Source: a virus (lineage: Duplodnaviria > Caudoviricetes). Taken from it: a stretch of DNA of 64,000 nt. Every line of letters starts with the position of its first letter. Position 1 is the first letter of the stretch. The stretch is from IMG/VR virus record IMGVR_UViG_3300020050_012045, positions 32,001 through 96,000 of that record. One strand, 5' to 3'. Positions 1 to 10,022 of the stretch are shown here, one piece after another. Made by a program: the position numbers and the translations under genes. The notes under the pieces are model-generated. The model had not been told where the DNA came from and did not search any database. It was given only the letters and a program-made list of their open reading frames with translations.

Positions 1-82
1 ACGCTGCAATGGCCACGGAAGAATACACTGTTGGAGAAAGACAGCCTCAGCTAATTATTTTGAAAGATATGTGACCAGCCTG

Positions 83-110
83 TTGACTTTTAATTCAGTT
101 CTGATATTGT
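83..110 (+). promoter_or_regulatory. sigma70-type promoter (leaderless)
   Basis: TTGACT(83-88)-16 nt-TATTGT(105-110) with extended TG; ATG follows 6 nt later at 117. Confidence 0.75.
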
Positions 111-116
111 TGCTTC

Positions 117-695
117 ATGAGCAACCTTCTTCCTTCTCAAAAATCCGTCCAAGCCGCAATCCAAAACCTGGCCAAGAAATATGGCGATCAAGCTCGTACG
201 AGCATGTACGCCAAAGTGGGTGTAAACAACGAACGTGCATGTGTCACTAACGGACACTCCGCTTTGTTCTGGCCATGTAATTTTAAGTCTGGTGTGTACA
301 CGCTCGATGGCGGCGCGCTAGAGGGGCAGTTTCCTGATGTCGATTACGTTGTTCCGCGATTGAGCGAAACTCAATCCTTCTCTGGGGTATTAAATTTGCC
401 ACAAGGAGATAAAGATAACTATTCTCTCTTGGTCGCCGGTGGCACGCCATTTTGGGCGATCCCAGCAACATTCCGTACCTACAAGGACCAACACGCTTCT
501 TCGCTGTTTGGTGGGACTGGACCAACCAATACGTTTGACGGGAAGTACCTGCAACTTCTGGCAAAATTCTTCGAGTCCACTACACTGTACTTCACCTGCT
601 TCTCCGAAGTGTCTCCGGTGTTGATCACGTTGTCAAAGCCAACTGAAGACTTCACCAAAGGCAAGTTTGCAATTATGATGGGTATGCGCGTTTAA
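117..695 (+). CDS. DNA polymerase III beta-clamp-like protein (short)
   Basis: Motifs VTNGH, GQFPDVDYVVP, FDGKYL, SPVLI and C-terminal IMMGMRV parallel ATDGH / G-FPDY--VIP / FN--YL / SP--I / VMPMR of DnaN domains II-III. Confidence 0.6.
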   Translation: MSNLLPSQKSVQAAIQNLAKKYGDQARTSMYAKVGVNNERACVTNGHSALFWPCNFKSGVYTLDGGALEGQFPDVDYVVPRLSETQSFSGVLNLPQGDKDNYSLLVAGGTPFWAIPATFRTYKDQHASSLFGGTGPTNTFDGKYLQLLAKFFESTTLYFTCFSEVSPVLITLSKPTEDFTKGKFAIMMGMRV

Positions 696-701
696 TAGTG
701 C

Positions 702-730
702 TTGATTTTAATTTTCACCAATGATACACT
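702..730 (+). promoter_or_regulatory. sigma70-type promoter
   Basis: TTGATT-17 nt-TACACT with extended TG; AGGAG SD before ATG 749. Confidence 0.65.
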
Positions 731-748
731 GACCTCAGGAGATACCAA

Positions 749-1672
749 ATGATTATCAACCTCGAAAAAGCAACCACTGCCCAAGAAGCTCTCGAAACCG
801 CTAAGTTGAACTGGACCGTCAATGTCCAGCCAATGAACGCACAACTTGCTAACGGAACAATCGTCAACGTTCCAGGCAATAACCTAGTAGTCCGTGAAGA
901 CAACAAGGTTTTGGGAGTCGTTGGCTCCCGATATCGCTCAGCAAACAACGCTGACATCTTCAAGGTGGCGGATGACGTCATCGCCCAAATCGGTGGGTTT
1001 TACGACCGAGCCCTGGTGTTCAAGGGTGACCGCCAAGTGGTTTTGCAGGTCAAACTGCCAACCACCTTGACTCTTGGTAAGGACGTGGTGGCTCGCTACC
1101 TCACCCTGACCAACTCGTTCGACGGCTCGATTGCCTTGAAGGGCTTCGTGACCCCAGTGCGTATCCTGTGCCAAAACATGGTGGCAATGGCAATGAAGCG
1201 TGCCAATGACTCAATCACGATCCGTCACTCGTCACAGGTCCAAGACCGTCTGAATGATGTGGGTCGTTTGCTGAAGCTGACCGCTGACTACCACCAACGC
1301 TATGACCAGTTGGCTGGAGCATTGTACTCAGCCAAGTTCTCGTTCGGTCAAATGAACCAACTGGCGTCCGAGCTGATCCCAGTCAAGGTCAACGAAGACG
1401 GCGAGGAGTTCGACTCGACTCGTGCCCGTAACAACCGTGACCAGCTCGTGGCATTGTTCGAGGGTGGCCGTGGTCACAAGGAGTCTGAAATCGTTGGAAC
1501 GGCATGGGCGGCTTACAATGCTGTCGCTGAGTACGTTGACCATGTTCGCTCTTCCCGAGTTGGTGCTGGTGGCGACACCACAACCAAGCGTTTAGAGTCT
1601 GCATACTTCGGTTCTGGACTGGCTATGAAGACCCGATCTTTAGATTTGATTCGTTCCGCAACTGGTGTATAA
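749..1672 (+). CDS. DUF932 (phage/plasmid-like TIGR03299) family protein
   Basis: LNWTV, VREDNKVLGVVGSRY, LTNSFDGS, PVRILCQN, IRHS, GTAWAAYNAVAEYVDH motifs. Confidence 0.85.
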   Translation: MIINLEKATTAQEALETAKLNWTVNVQPMNAQLANGTIVNVPGNNLVVREDNKVLGVVGSRYRSANNADIFKVADDVIAQIGGFYDRALVFKGDRQVVLQVKLPTTLTLGKDVVARYLTLTNSFDGSIALKGFVTPVRILCQNMVAMAMKRANDSITIRHSSQVQDRLNDVGRLLKLTADYHQRYDQLAGALYSAKFSFGQMNQLASELIPVKVNEDGEEFDSTRARNNRDQLVALFEGGRGHKESEIVGTAWAAYNAVAEYVDHVRSSRVGAGGDTTTKRLESAYFGSGLAMKTRSLDLIRSATGV

Positions 1673-1693
1673 TCAAGTTGCACATACGGTGGA

Positions 1694-1723
1694 CGCCGCC
1701 GCCCTAATTCTGGGGCGGCGGCG
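1694..1723. other. GC-rich inverted repeat / hairpin without U tract
   Basis: CGCCGCCGCCC(1694-1704) / GGGCGGCGGCG(1713-1723), 11 bp perfect stem in an intergenic gap. Confidence 0.7.
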
Positions 1724-1744
1724 AATACTGTCGGAAAGAACTCT

Positions 1745-1963
1745 ATGGATGACAAGACCCTGGCCCAGATGACTCAGATGCTAGAGGCAAAAATCACCCA
1801 TACGATTCGGACATCTAAGCGGACCAAAAACTTTAAGGTTTACTTGGACCTGCTTGGTGTGACATACAAGCAGGCGGTCATGCTTAGCGATTTAGTAAAA
1901 ATGTGCGAACGAATTGCAAGCGAATCAGATCCGTCTCATTTTGAAATCACGGATGAGGTTTAA
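1745..1963 (+). CDS. hypothetical protein
   Basis: 72 aa ORF abutting the helicase gene. Confidence 0.6.
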   Translation: MDDKTLAQMTQMLEAKITHTIRTSKRTKNFKVYLDLLGVTYKQAVMLSDLVKMCERIASESDPSHFEITDEV

Positions 1964-3199
1964 GTGTCAGAAATTGTTCTAACCGAAGCGCAGCAAGACG
2001 GCGTCGACATGGCCATGGCGCTTGCGGCCAGTGGTTGTAAAATCGGTGTCTTGGCGGGCGTAGCAGGATCAGGTAAGACTACATCACTAAAGCACATCAC
2101 CAACCAGATTGAGTGCCAGCTTATCGCGCCAACAGGCCGTGCCGCCTCCCGAATGTCTGAGTTGACAGGGAAGTCAGCGTCCACCGTCCATCGTTGGCTG
2201 TATGAGCCTGAGGACCGCCTAGATGGTCATGTGACGTTCAAGCGACGTGCGATTGACAAGGTACCTGTTCCTGCTGGCAAGCTGGTCGTGGTTGATGAGT
2301 CCTCTATGATCAACGAGGAGATGTTTCGAGATATCGTCGACACGTGTCAGGCAATCAATTGTGCCGTCCTGTTTGTCGGTGACCCGTTCCAGCTTCCCCC
2401 GGTCAGCAAAGACAGGAATGATGATTTCTCCATCTTCTCGGACAAGTTCAAGTATGACGCCAAAGTCAACTTGACAGACGTTATGCGACAGGCCGAGAAG
2501 AACCCTATCATCAGGATGACCAAGCTAATTCGAGAGGGTGAGCTGTCGGACGCGATGGAGATGGTAGACCTAGTTTACGGTTCACCAGACGACAAAATCA
2601 TTGAAGTGGTTGAATCTGGTGGGATGGTCATTTGTCATACCAACAAAGCCCGTCTTCACATGAACAAGTATTACCGGCAGTTGGCTGAAAAGACTGAGCT
2701 AGAGATAGGCGAACCCCTGCTTATCCTTAAGAACTGTTACCGACTTGGGGCTATGAATGGCGAGACGTATCAGTTCACTGGATACGGAGACTTCCTTGGT
2801 GAGAAAACGGTTTACTGTCCAATCTCTAAGAAAGAGGTCAAGTTGTCGTTTTTTATGACCCAGTTAGCTGGGATGGACTGTATCATGTCTCAAGAGATCA
2901 TTGAAGGTCAGCATCAAGAGGTAAGCATTTCGTCAATCGAGCGAGTCCTGAACTACTGGGTGCGGAATGGCACCCCTTACGTCCATGCAAACTACGGTTA
3001 CGCTCTATCTGCCCACAAATCGCAGGGTTGCCAGAGTTCCAAAGTGTTAGTCTGTCTTGAACCAACCGTTGATCTGTACTCCAGCTTTGGCCAACGATGG
3101 GCATATACAGCGTTCACACGGGCGATCGATAAAGTGTCAGCAATGTACTTGTCTCGCAACCCTGAACAAGATTTGCCATTGACAACCAAAATCAAGTGA
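1964..3199 (+). CDS. SF1B DNA helicase (Dda/RecD2-like)
   Basis: Walker A GVAGSGKT, APTGRAA, VVVDESSM, GDPFQLPPV, VMRQ, YALSAHKSQG, YTAFTRA. Confidence 0.92.
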   Translation: MSEIVLTEAQQDGVDMAMALAASGCKIGVLAGVAGSGKTTSLKHITNQIECQLIAPTGRAASRMSELTGKSASTVHRWLYEPEDRLDGHVTFKRRAIDKVPVPAGKLVVVDESSMINEEMFRDIVDTCQAINCAVLFVGDPFQLPPVSKDRNDDFSIFSDKFKYDAKVNLTDVMRQAEKNPIIRMTKLIREGELSDAMEMVDLVYGSPDDKIIEVVESGGMVICHTNKARLHMNKYYRQLAEKTELEIGEPLLILKNCYRLGAMNGETYQFTGYGDFLGEKTVYCPISKKEVKLSFFMTQLAGMDCIMSQEIIEGQHQEVSISSIERVLNYWVRNGTPYVHANYGYALSAHKSQGCQSSKVLVCLEPTVDLYSSFGQRWAYTAFTRAIDKVSAMYLSRNPEQDLPLTTKIK

Positions 3200-3205
3200 T
3201 GATAA

Positions 3206-3511
3206 ATGTTAACTATGGTTATCGACGCAAACCACTTGCTGCAATACATAGCCGAAGAACGTTACTGGCAAGCTGCCTCTATCGCTAGCGTCTTGCGTAA
3301 GCAGGCGTACGAAAACAACACACATCTTTTAGCGGAAGAGCTTGACAAGTTTATCGACTTAGTTGTATCAGCAACAGGGAACCCTGAACGGTTTGCTGCA
3401 ATGCGACATGAGTGGAACCTGGCAATTCTACTTCGTCGCAGGCCGATGGATTTGCTACCAAAGCATTCTAAAGTACATGTAGACCCTGAAGAGTTTGAAA
3501 TCACGTTTTGA
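3206..3511 (+). CDS. hypothetical protein
   Basis: 101 aa ORF in tightly packed operon. Confidence 0.6.
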   Translation: MLTMVIDANHLLQYIAEERYWQAASIASVLRKQAYENNTHLLAEELDKFIDLVVSATGNPERFAAMRHEWNLAILLRRRPMDLLPKHSKVHVDPEEFEITF

Positions 3512-3522
3512 TGGAGAGTTAA

Positions 3523-3753
3523 ATGATCGATGACCTGTGTATTCGCATCTACCTAGCTTCGCACGTTCCTAGTGGATTTCACACTTACCTTCCACCTGGA
3601 GATAGTTCGATTTTCTGGGTAGCATATGTACCTAATGTTTTCAAGAATACTCATATCAGTTTTCTTGAGTCGACCTCTTTCAGCCGTGACGCAGTGTCAG
3701 AGGTTATCGAAGTCCCAGATGGTCAGCTGTACCTAGGAAGGAACCCACTGTGA
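3523..3753 (+). CDS. hypothetical protein
   Basis: GGAG SD; overlaps the next start (GTGA). Confidence 0.6.
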   Translation: MIDDLCIRIYLASHVPSGFHTYLPPGDSSIFWVAYVPNVFKNTHISFLESTSFSRDAVSEVIEVPDGQLYLGRNPL

Positions 3754-4175
3754 AGAAACTTGTGACTAGTTTTGAGGAACTTAAAGAGGCGGCCAAACTG
3801 CTTGTTGGCGAGTGGATCAATCGCATCGAACATCTCGGTTCCGACCCAGAAGATGATGCCGGCTCTTGGAAGATGAAGATCGGAGCAAATCGTCATGGAC
3901 GGTGCGCTGTCCTGGTGGGGTTTCGTCCACAGGGATTTACGTTGATTTATTGGGGGATTTCACTCTGCAAGAAAGGCGATAAATTTGACCGCGATCTGGG
4001 CTTTTCAATCGCCAAAAAGCGAGCAATGGAAGCGTATCGTGATAAGGTGATGACAACCAGTGACCAAAATCGAGCACTGTCAATGACTGACGACGGGCTG
4101 GCTGGGGTTGTTCGATTGGAAAATCACAGCGAACTTCGCCAGTATTTCCGCGAACGGGCAAAGCTTATTAACTAA
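3750..4175 (+). CDS. conserved phage hypothetical protein
   Basis: SLCKKGDKFDRDLGFSIAKKRA resembles the common phage C---D-F----G--IA--RA motif. Confidence 0.6.
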   Translation: MKKLVTSFEELKEAAKLLVGEWINRIEHLGSDPEDDAGSWKMKIGANRHGRCAVLVGFRPQGFTLIYWGISLCKKGDKFDRDLGFSIAKKRAMEAYRDKVMTTSDQNRALSMTDDGLAGVVRLENHSELRQYFRERAKLIN

Positions 4176-7100
4176 ACCGCGATTGAGATTTGAACGTCAA
4201 CGTCCGGATCGAAGATAAACGGTTTTTCGTTCGCCTGAACTGGAATCAAGTCAGATTCAGAAGAGTAGGTTGGGCTCAACACGCTAACCGCTGCTACCCC
4301 AGATACAGCTCGTGCTGCCGACACAATCCGAGAAATATCAACTGCCGTTCCAAGTGGAATGGAATTGACGGCTGTCGCAACAGCGTTACGGACGCGATCG
4401 ATTGTAGCTTGCTGGGTAGCTCCAGTGCGCAAGCGAAGTTGCAATGAAACTTGGATTCGCTTAACGTTTGGTCCACTGATATTGACAGACGCTCCAGCAG
4501 CCACGACACCTGGATAGATGGTTGGGGCGGACAGGTCACCGTACAGAACCTTGGTGACCTCTCCAATTAGCCCTGTGCTGACGTTGTAGCCGTTAGCTCC
4601 AATCAGTGGGGTAGTGGCAAAGTCAAACCTGGACAGAGGCTGAATGTTGCCACCGAGTGTTTCGCTAATGCCCGACAGCAGAACCCCAGAGTCAAAGATG
4701 GCCCAGGATGTTCCGACTACAAGCGGATCAATCGAAGAATCTGGGTCAATACCGATACGGCTCAAGAACTTGATTAAACGTAGCGGCGACTTAATCATAC
4801 GGATCTGGTTAAGGTTAGTGCCGAGAGCGACAGGACTGACTGCTGTAAACGTAGTGTCTACAGTGAAGACACCGCTGTTGGGTGTAATCGTTTGGACTTC
4901 GTAGATACCGATATTGCTATCTGTCCCTAGCTCGTACGCGATCTCAAACAGATCGCCAGGCAGGAGAGAGTTTGCGGTGTAGTTGCGGCCCGTGTCGGTT
5001 CCTGGGGTAATCACCTCATTAACCGCATTGGGGTTTTCTACCCAGGCATACTGGAAGTTAGTTCCTGTGCTGGTAATGCTTCCAGAACGAACAATTCTGA
5101 AGTATCCATTGTTCGACGATGAAGCATTTTCATAGTCCGTAAAGATAAAGTCACCTTCTGGACCAAAGGCGGTTGCGGATTTATGGAGGTATAAGGCAAA
5201 GTTACCAACTTTGTGGACAATCAACTGGCCACCACCAACAAACGACGTCGAGGTGTTTGCTTGGGTGCTGAGTGTCACTGTCCCGTTGGAAGCCAGGGCG
5301 ATAGTGGTGCCACTTGTTGCGTTAGGAACACTAGATACGGTTTGGTCAGTGTTTTGCAAAGCAACGTAGCTGCCACCCAATAAACTGTAATCAAACGCTC
5401 GGCTGAAGTTAACCTTCTTGAGCGTGACATCCCCGGCTCCGGTGACCGGAACGATTTGGCCATTGAGCGAGTTGGATGCCATTTGGACGCCGCCAAGCTC
5501 ACCTGGGTTTTCTGACGTAATTTGCAGCTTGCCATCTAGGCCGGTAGTTTCGAGGTCAGCAACCTGTCCAAGTCCGGTTACCGCTGGTGAGTTCAACCAA
5601 GCGCTAATGGTCTCTGAGGTAACAGGGACAAGGCGAGCTGGTTCACTAGTGAAGGTTGACAATCCGCCATCCGTTCCTTGCTTGAACCGAATGGTGTTTG
5701 GCACTACAGTCAGGTCTGACGTTCTGACGTAATTGACCCCATCTTTGAGTGAGAACTTATCAACTGACGTACCAGCATAGTTGATTGTTGGAGTGAAATC
5801 TTCGTCAAGGGTGGAGCGATCCAATATCCCTGTTCCTGGGTTGATGTAGGCTTCAGCAGTAAACAGATCGGCCAGGTCAGACGTAACAAACGCCACAACG
5901 TCGTCAGCGGTTGAGTTGGCAGTATCTATTGGGTAAATAGAGATGGCGGTTGCCGAGCCTACCATTGTAGGTGCTGGTAGGTTAGTAACAGATGCCGCTG
6001 GAACAAAGAACTCGATTGAGGTCGGATTTACGGTCGTGATCCGGTAAGTGCCGTTCAGCGTCCAAGCTGTATTAGGTGAGGCGATTGAGATAATGTCACC
6101 AGCAACAGCCGCCGCAAACGAAGGAGGAGACAAAGAGCTAGCAGCTAAGCCGCCAAGCGCAGCAGGCGCAGCGGCTGTACCAGCTTCAGTGTAAGTGAAG
6201 GTAGTTGCACCGGCAGTAGTTACGATCTTTGGGCCAGGAGGGAAATCAACACCGCTTACCCCACTGATGTAAACTACCTGCCCTACTGCGAGCCCATGAG
6301 TGCTACCAGTAACAACAGAGACTACGCTTCCGGCACGACCAATCGTTGAGATGTTTGGAGTTGCTGTGTAGTAACTCATGGTCACTGAACGTCCATTCCC
6401 GGATGCAATGTTGGATGACGTAAACGCAGTGTTGGCGAGAATATTCAGCCCCGCTCTTGCGGCTCCAGATGGTAGGGTGATCTGAAGATCGGAACCATTG
6501 GCAATCTCGTATGCCATTGTTTGGTTTGCTGACTCTGGATAGGTGTAAGCAACGCTCCAGTCGTTCCCCTCTGAACCGTAACGATTGTATCTCCAGAGGA
6601 TTTCCTTAAACGCCTCACCGAGATGACTGATGACCTTTGGCTTCATGTAACACCAAAAATCATTAAAGAACGGCGTCACACCAAAGGAGTCGTCAAGTGC
6701 GGCTCCACCGTTATCGGTGTCGAACACGTTCATTGCGGCGCCCGTGCTGCCTGTCAAAGTTACATTGCGGTACATTGGAATATTGTAGGTCTGGGTCAGT
6801 GAGTCATCGTTCATGACAACAGACAGCGAGTCGTAAGGGCCAACTGCATATGGTTGGGCCAGACAGAACAGATCGCCGCCATCGTTTTCTTGAGCGTCAT
6901 CCCACAGATTGATACCGTACGATTGAGCGCTAGCCACAGCTGATCCGGACGAAGCATAGGTCAGGGTGGTGTTAGTGGGGGTTGAGGCGACTGCATAGTA
7001 GTCCGCAAGGAAATTCGCATCTGCCGTACCGATTGGACCAGAGAAGATGACATCTCCAGTTTTGAACCCATGCGCGGTCGGGGTAGTAACGGTAACGATA

Positions 7101-9958
7101 TTGGCAGCACGAACTAACCCGCCAGCTGCGACCGTAAATTGAGTCACGGCGGATGAAGTTTGTTTTGCCCGACTGGTAAAGTTCGCAATAGACAAGACGT
7201 TCTGACGTCCTGCCAAGAGCTTGTGACGTCCAGCTAGATGTGAAGTGTTGCCAAGAAGCAAGGCGGCTCGCTGGTAGCTAGGTAGACCGTACAGAAATCG
7301 CCCAGCTTCAGCCCGAACTGGCGTAGAGAACACTAGGTCAGTAGTAAATTGTGGGAACGCTTGATTGGTTGTGTTGGTCAGGATGCTGCCGATATTTCCA
7401 AACGAAGGCAAGGTCACTTCGGACGGTCCAGCAAGCAAAGAAGCCAGATGTGGGACCGAGCTTTGATTCAGAACCCCGGTATCAAAACCTAGCAGTTGGG
7501 CAGATTGATCGGCTGTCACCACCATGATGTCTCCACCACGATAGTTATTGCTGGAGATCCGCAAATATCGTCCACGGTAAATTGATGCAGTCGCCCCGGT
7601 CAGCTGTTCGTTCAAGCAAGTGACGATTGCGTCTAGCGTTTGAACCCCAGCTGGGATACGCACTTCTTGGATGTACGAATTGGTGCGTGCAAACACCATA
7701 CCAGAATTAAGGAGTGAAACGCCTGCTTGTGCTGCCGCTGACGCCATTGCGTATCGAAGCGCAAATCCGGTGATTGTGCTGGGTTCAGTCACTCTGAACG
7801 CACCATGAACAGTAACAGCTGTATCCCAAACAACAGCATAATCGCCAGCAACCAAAGCGCCGTTAGTGGGCAGAGTTGCCGCAACTACACCTGTGCTGTG
7901 GGTGAATGTGTATGTGGTCGACCCCGATACACCGATGTCGAGAATTTCTGTCGCCCCGTCAACTGCTACCCACAATTTAGCGATACTAGGGAACGTAACC
8001 GAACCCGAACTCAAGTCGGCAGATTGTGCAGCTCCACGAGTATTTATCGATCCAACGGTCAGGCTGTCTCCAGCTACCAACGGCTCAAACAGCTTCACTT
8101 GGGCGGTGTTGCGGTTCAGGCTGTAGTCACGGTTAAGGCCGGAAGCAGACAGGCCGGAGGTTGGAGTGAACATTCCGGCTGTAATTAGATTCGGAGATGA
8201 GACTGGGGCACTTAGAACAATGCTAGCACCGCTATCTGCACCTTTGTTTGATTGCAGGATGAGGTAACCGCCGCCGTCAGAAGCAGTAATACCTGGGATT
8301 TTGTCATTGAAGACTTGAGCCCAGGAAGCGATACTATTGTTTTTGGAGACTGTCGTGTACCCGGTGTTTGACGCCACAAAGTCAGCATCAGTGAACGTGT
8401 ACGTTGCAGCTGGAGTTCCATCAACAGCCGCCTTAATTTCGTATCCTGTAGCGATGGTTGCCCAGCTAGACTGAGCAGCTGAATCGATGGCCGCTATTTG
8501 TCCGTCTTTGTACAGCAATTGGTCGTTTTTGTACAGTTTAAGAGTGTAGCTTGTATCAGTGCTAAACCCGAGGTAAACGTTAGCGTCAATCCCGGACGAT
8601 GGAACTGATACTTGGATGTCGTCGTTTGTATCACTTCTCGCGAGAAGTGATACTTTGGTTCCGTTGTCGGACGTCCGAGCAGAAAACAAGATGTCAGGAT
8701 TGGAATTGATCGAGCTGACAACTTCAACAGCCAAAGCAGAGCCGATAGCGGTGAACTCATCTGGACTGAACGAGTGCTCAGTCAAAATGCCACCAACCAC
8801 AACAGACAGCTTGGCGCCAGAGACCAAAGAGAATGGTCCTGTCAAAGTAGTCTTAGTGAACGCCCGGCTAACTGGACGTTGACCGGACAGAGCAAAATAC
8901 TGCTCACCGCCAGAGGCGTTATCAACCAGAACTTCGTACGGAATGCCTTCGTTCAGCTCTTCATACCCTGTACCGTCATCGATATAAACGGTTGCCGGCT
9001 CGTCAGCGGGTTCAACGATGGTAACCGAAGATACTCGTTTGTTCTCGTCTGGGGAGAACACACCGGACGCTGCCGACAAGATAGCATACGAAGTTCCACG
9101 CGATTTAGACGATTTGACTAAAACTAGTCGCTGAACAAGCTGGTCATCTGACTCGATATCGGAGCCGGACGTCAGGGGCTGAGGGTTGGTACATGCTGCC
9201 CCTGCAAATGGGAGGCTGGTAAATGAAGTGATCGAGCCTCGTGGTACGTTTCCTTTCGAGCCAGGCTCTTGGCAGATGATAGGAACGTTAGATACGCTGA
9301 CTTCACCGTCCAGAATTTCAGCATCCGAGGTCGTGCTGTACTGAATTGGTTGAGTGCGAGCATCACGGGTGGTTGCGACTGTAGTTCCAGCGGGAATTGG
9401 GCGCGAACCCTTTTGGGCCAAAACTACGTCTTCGTTGATGTTGTGGAAAGTCGCAGTTGGAGTGGTCAAGGTCAAGGTCCAGAACCCGCTGAACTGGGTT
9501 TTGGCGGAATAGCTAATCGGACCTTCAACGTTGATTGTGCCACGGCCAATGTAGATTTGGCCCGTAGCTGGAAATTCCACAGCAGATACAACTCGCAACG
9601 TGGACGATCCAGCGACTGGAGCTATAGATCCTGAGTAGATTGAGGTCGAGATCCGCTGAAGGGTAGTGTCCGAGATATCGACCTTGCCTGAGGCTGGAAG
9701 GGCGGGGTTCTTGGTCAAACCTTCTGAACGAGCTTCAAATTCCAGCGCTTGGCCGGACAGGCGGGTGACGTCACGTAAATCCAGGGCGTTGAATACGTCC
9801 TGAGTGGACCGTAGGTCAGACTGAGCAGCAGCCTCCAGGGCGGTCAAAATAGAGGAGCCAGTTTTAAGCTGACGGATGCCGAACCGGGCTTTGAAGGTCA
9901 GGACTTGGTCAGCCAGGATTTGTTGGTAAGAACGTGGCTGTGGGACAGTGAATGCCAT
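4172..9958 (-). CDS. baseplate wedge protein (baseplate J/gp6-like) with large internal beta-rich insertion
   Basis: N-terminal RSYQQILAD...PASGKV...CQEPGSKGNV...GSDIESDDQL and C-terminal VNSIPLGTAVDISRIVSAARAVSGV typical of baseplate J; 1928 aa. Confidence 0.85.
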   Translation of the reverse strand: MAFTVPQPRSYQQILADQVLTFKARFGIRQLKTGSSILTALEAAAQSDLRSTQDVFNALDLRDVTRLSGQALEFEARSEGLTKNPALPASGKVDISDTTLQRISTSIYSGSIAPVAGSSTLRVVSAVEFPATGQIYIGRGTINVEGPISYSAKTQFSGFWTLTLTTPTATFHNINEDVVLAQKGSRPIPAGTTVATTRDARTQPIQYSTTSDAEILDGEVSVSNVPIICQEPGSKGNVPRGSITSFTSLPFAGAACTNPQPLTSGSDIESDDQLVQRLVLVKSSKSRGTSYAILSAASGVFSPDENKRVSSVTIVEPADEPATVYIDDGTGYEELNEGIPYEVLVDNASGGEQYFALSGQRPVSRAFTKTTLTGPFSLVSGAKLSVVVGGILTEHSFSPDEFTAIGSALAVEVVSSINSNPDILFSARTSDNGTKVSLLARSDTNDDIQVSVPSSGIDANVYLGFSTDTSYTLKLYKNDQLLYKDGQIAAIDSAAQSSWATIATGYEIKAAVDGTPAATYTFTDADFVASNTGYTTVSKNNSIASWAQVFNDKIPGITASDGGGYLILQSNKGADSGASIVLSAPVSSPNLITAGMFTPTSGLSASGLNRDYSLNRNTAQVKLFEPLVAGDSLTVGSINTRGAAQSADLSSGSVTFPSIAKLWVAVDGATEILDIGVSGSTTYTFTHSTGVVAATLPTNGALVAGDYAVVWDTAVTVHGAFRVTEPSTITGFALRYAMASAAAQAGVSLLNSGMVFARTNSYIQEVRIPAGVQTLDAIVTCLNEQLTGATASIYRGRYLRISSNNYRGGDIMVVTADQSAQLLGFDTGVLNQSSVPHLASLLAGPSEVTLPSFGNIGSILTNTTNQAFPQFTTDLVFSTPVRAEAGRFLYGLPSYQRAALLLGNTSHLAGRHKLLAGRQNVLSIANFTSRAKQTSSAVTQFTVAAGGLVRAANIVTVTTPTAHGFKTGDVIFSGPIGTADANFLADYYAVASTPTNTTLTYASSGSAVASAQSYGINLWDDAQENDGGDLFCLAQPYAVGPYDSLSVVMNDDSLTQTYNIPMYRNVTLTGSTGAAMNVFDTDNGGAALDDSFGVTPFFNDFWCYMKPKVISHLGEAFKEILWRYNRYGSEGNDWSVAYTYPESANQTMAYEIANGSDLQITLPSGAARAGLNILANTAFTSSNIASGNGRSVTMSYYTATPNISTIGRAGSVVSVVTGSTHGLAVGQVVYISGVSGVDFPPGPKIVTTAGATTFTYTEAGTAAAPAALGGLAASSLSPPSFAAAVAGDIISIASPNTAWTLNGTYRITTVNPTSIEFFVPAASVTNLPAPTMVGSATAISIYPIDTANSTADDVVAFVTSDLADLFTAEAYINPGTGILDRSTLDEDFTPTINYAGTSVDKFSLKDGVNYVRTSDLTVVPNTIRFKQGTDGGLSTFTSEPARLVPVTSETISAWLNSPAVTGLGQVADLETTGLDGKLQITSENPGELGGVQMASNSLNGQIVPVTGAGDVTLKKVNFSRAFDYSLLGGSYVALQNTDQTVSSVPNATSGTTIALASNGTVTLSTQANTSTSFVGGGQLIVHKVGNFALYLHKSATAFGPEGDFIFTDYENASSSNNGYFRIVRSGSITSTGTNFQYAWVENPNAVNEVITPGTDTGRNYTANSLLPGDLFEIAYELGTDSNIGIYEVQTITPNSGVFTVDTTFTAVSPVALGTNLNQIRMIKSPLRLIKFLSRIGIDPDSSIDPLVVGTSWAIFDSGVLLSGISETLGGNIQPLSRFDFATTPLIGANGYNVSTGLIGEVTKVLYGDLSAPTIYPGVVAAGASVNISGPNVKRIQVSLQLRLRTGATQQATIDRVRNAVATAVNSIPLGTAVDISRIVSAARAVSGVAAVSVLSPTYSSESDLIPVQANEKPFIFDPDVDVQISIAV

Positions 9959-9990
9959 GAAATGCTCTCCAGAGGCAGGGAAGGTGCCTC

Positions 9991-9998
9991 AAAGATTG
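9991..9998 (-). promoter_or_regulatory. putative late promoter CAATCTTT
   Basis: AAAGATTG on plus; 32 nt upstream of the baseplate J ATG; followed by hairpin GAGGCA-N7-TGCCTC and GGAG SD. Confidence 0.75.
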
Positions 9999-10022
9999 TC
10001 TATGGGGTAGTAGCCAGACGGC

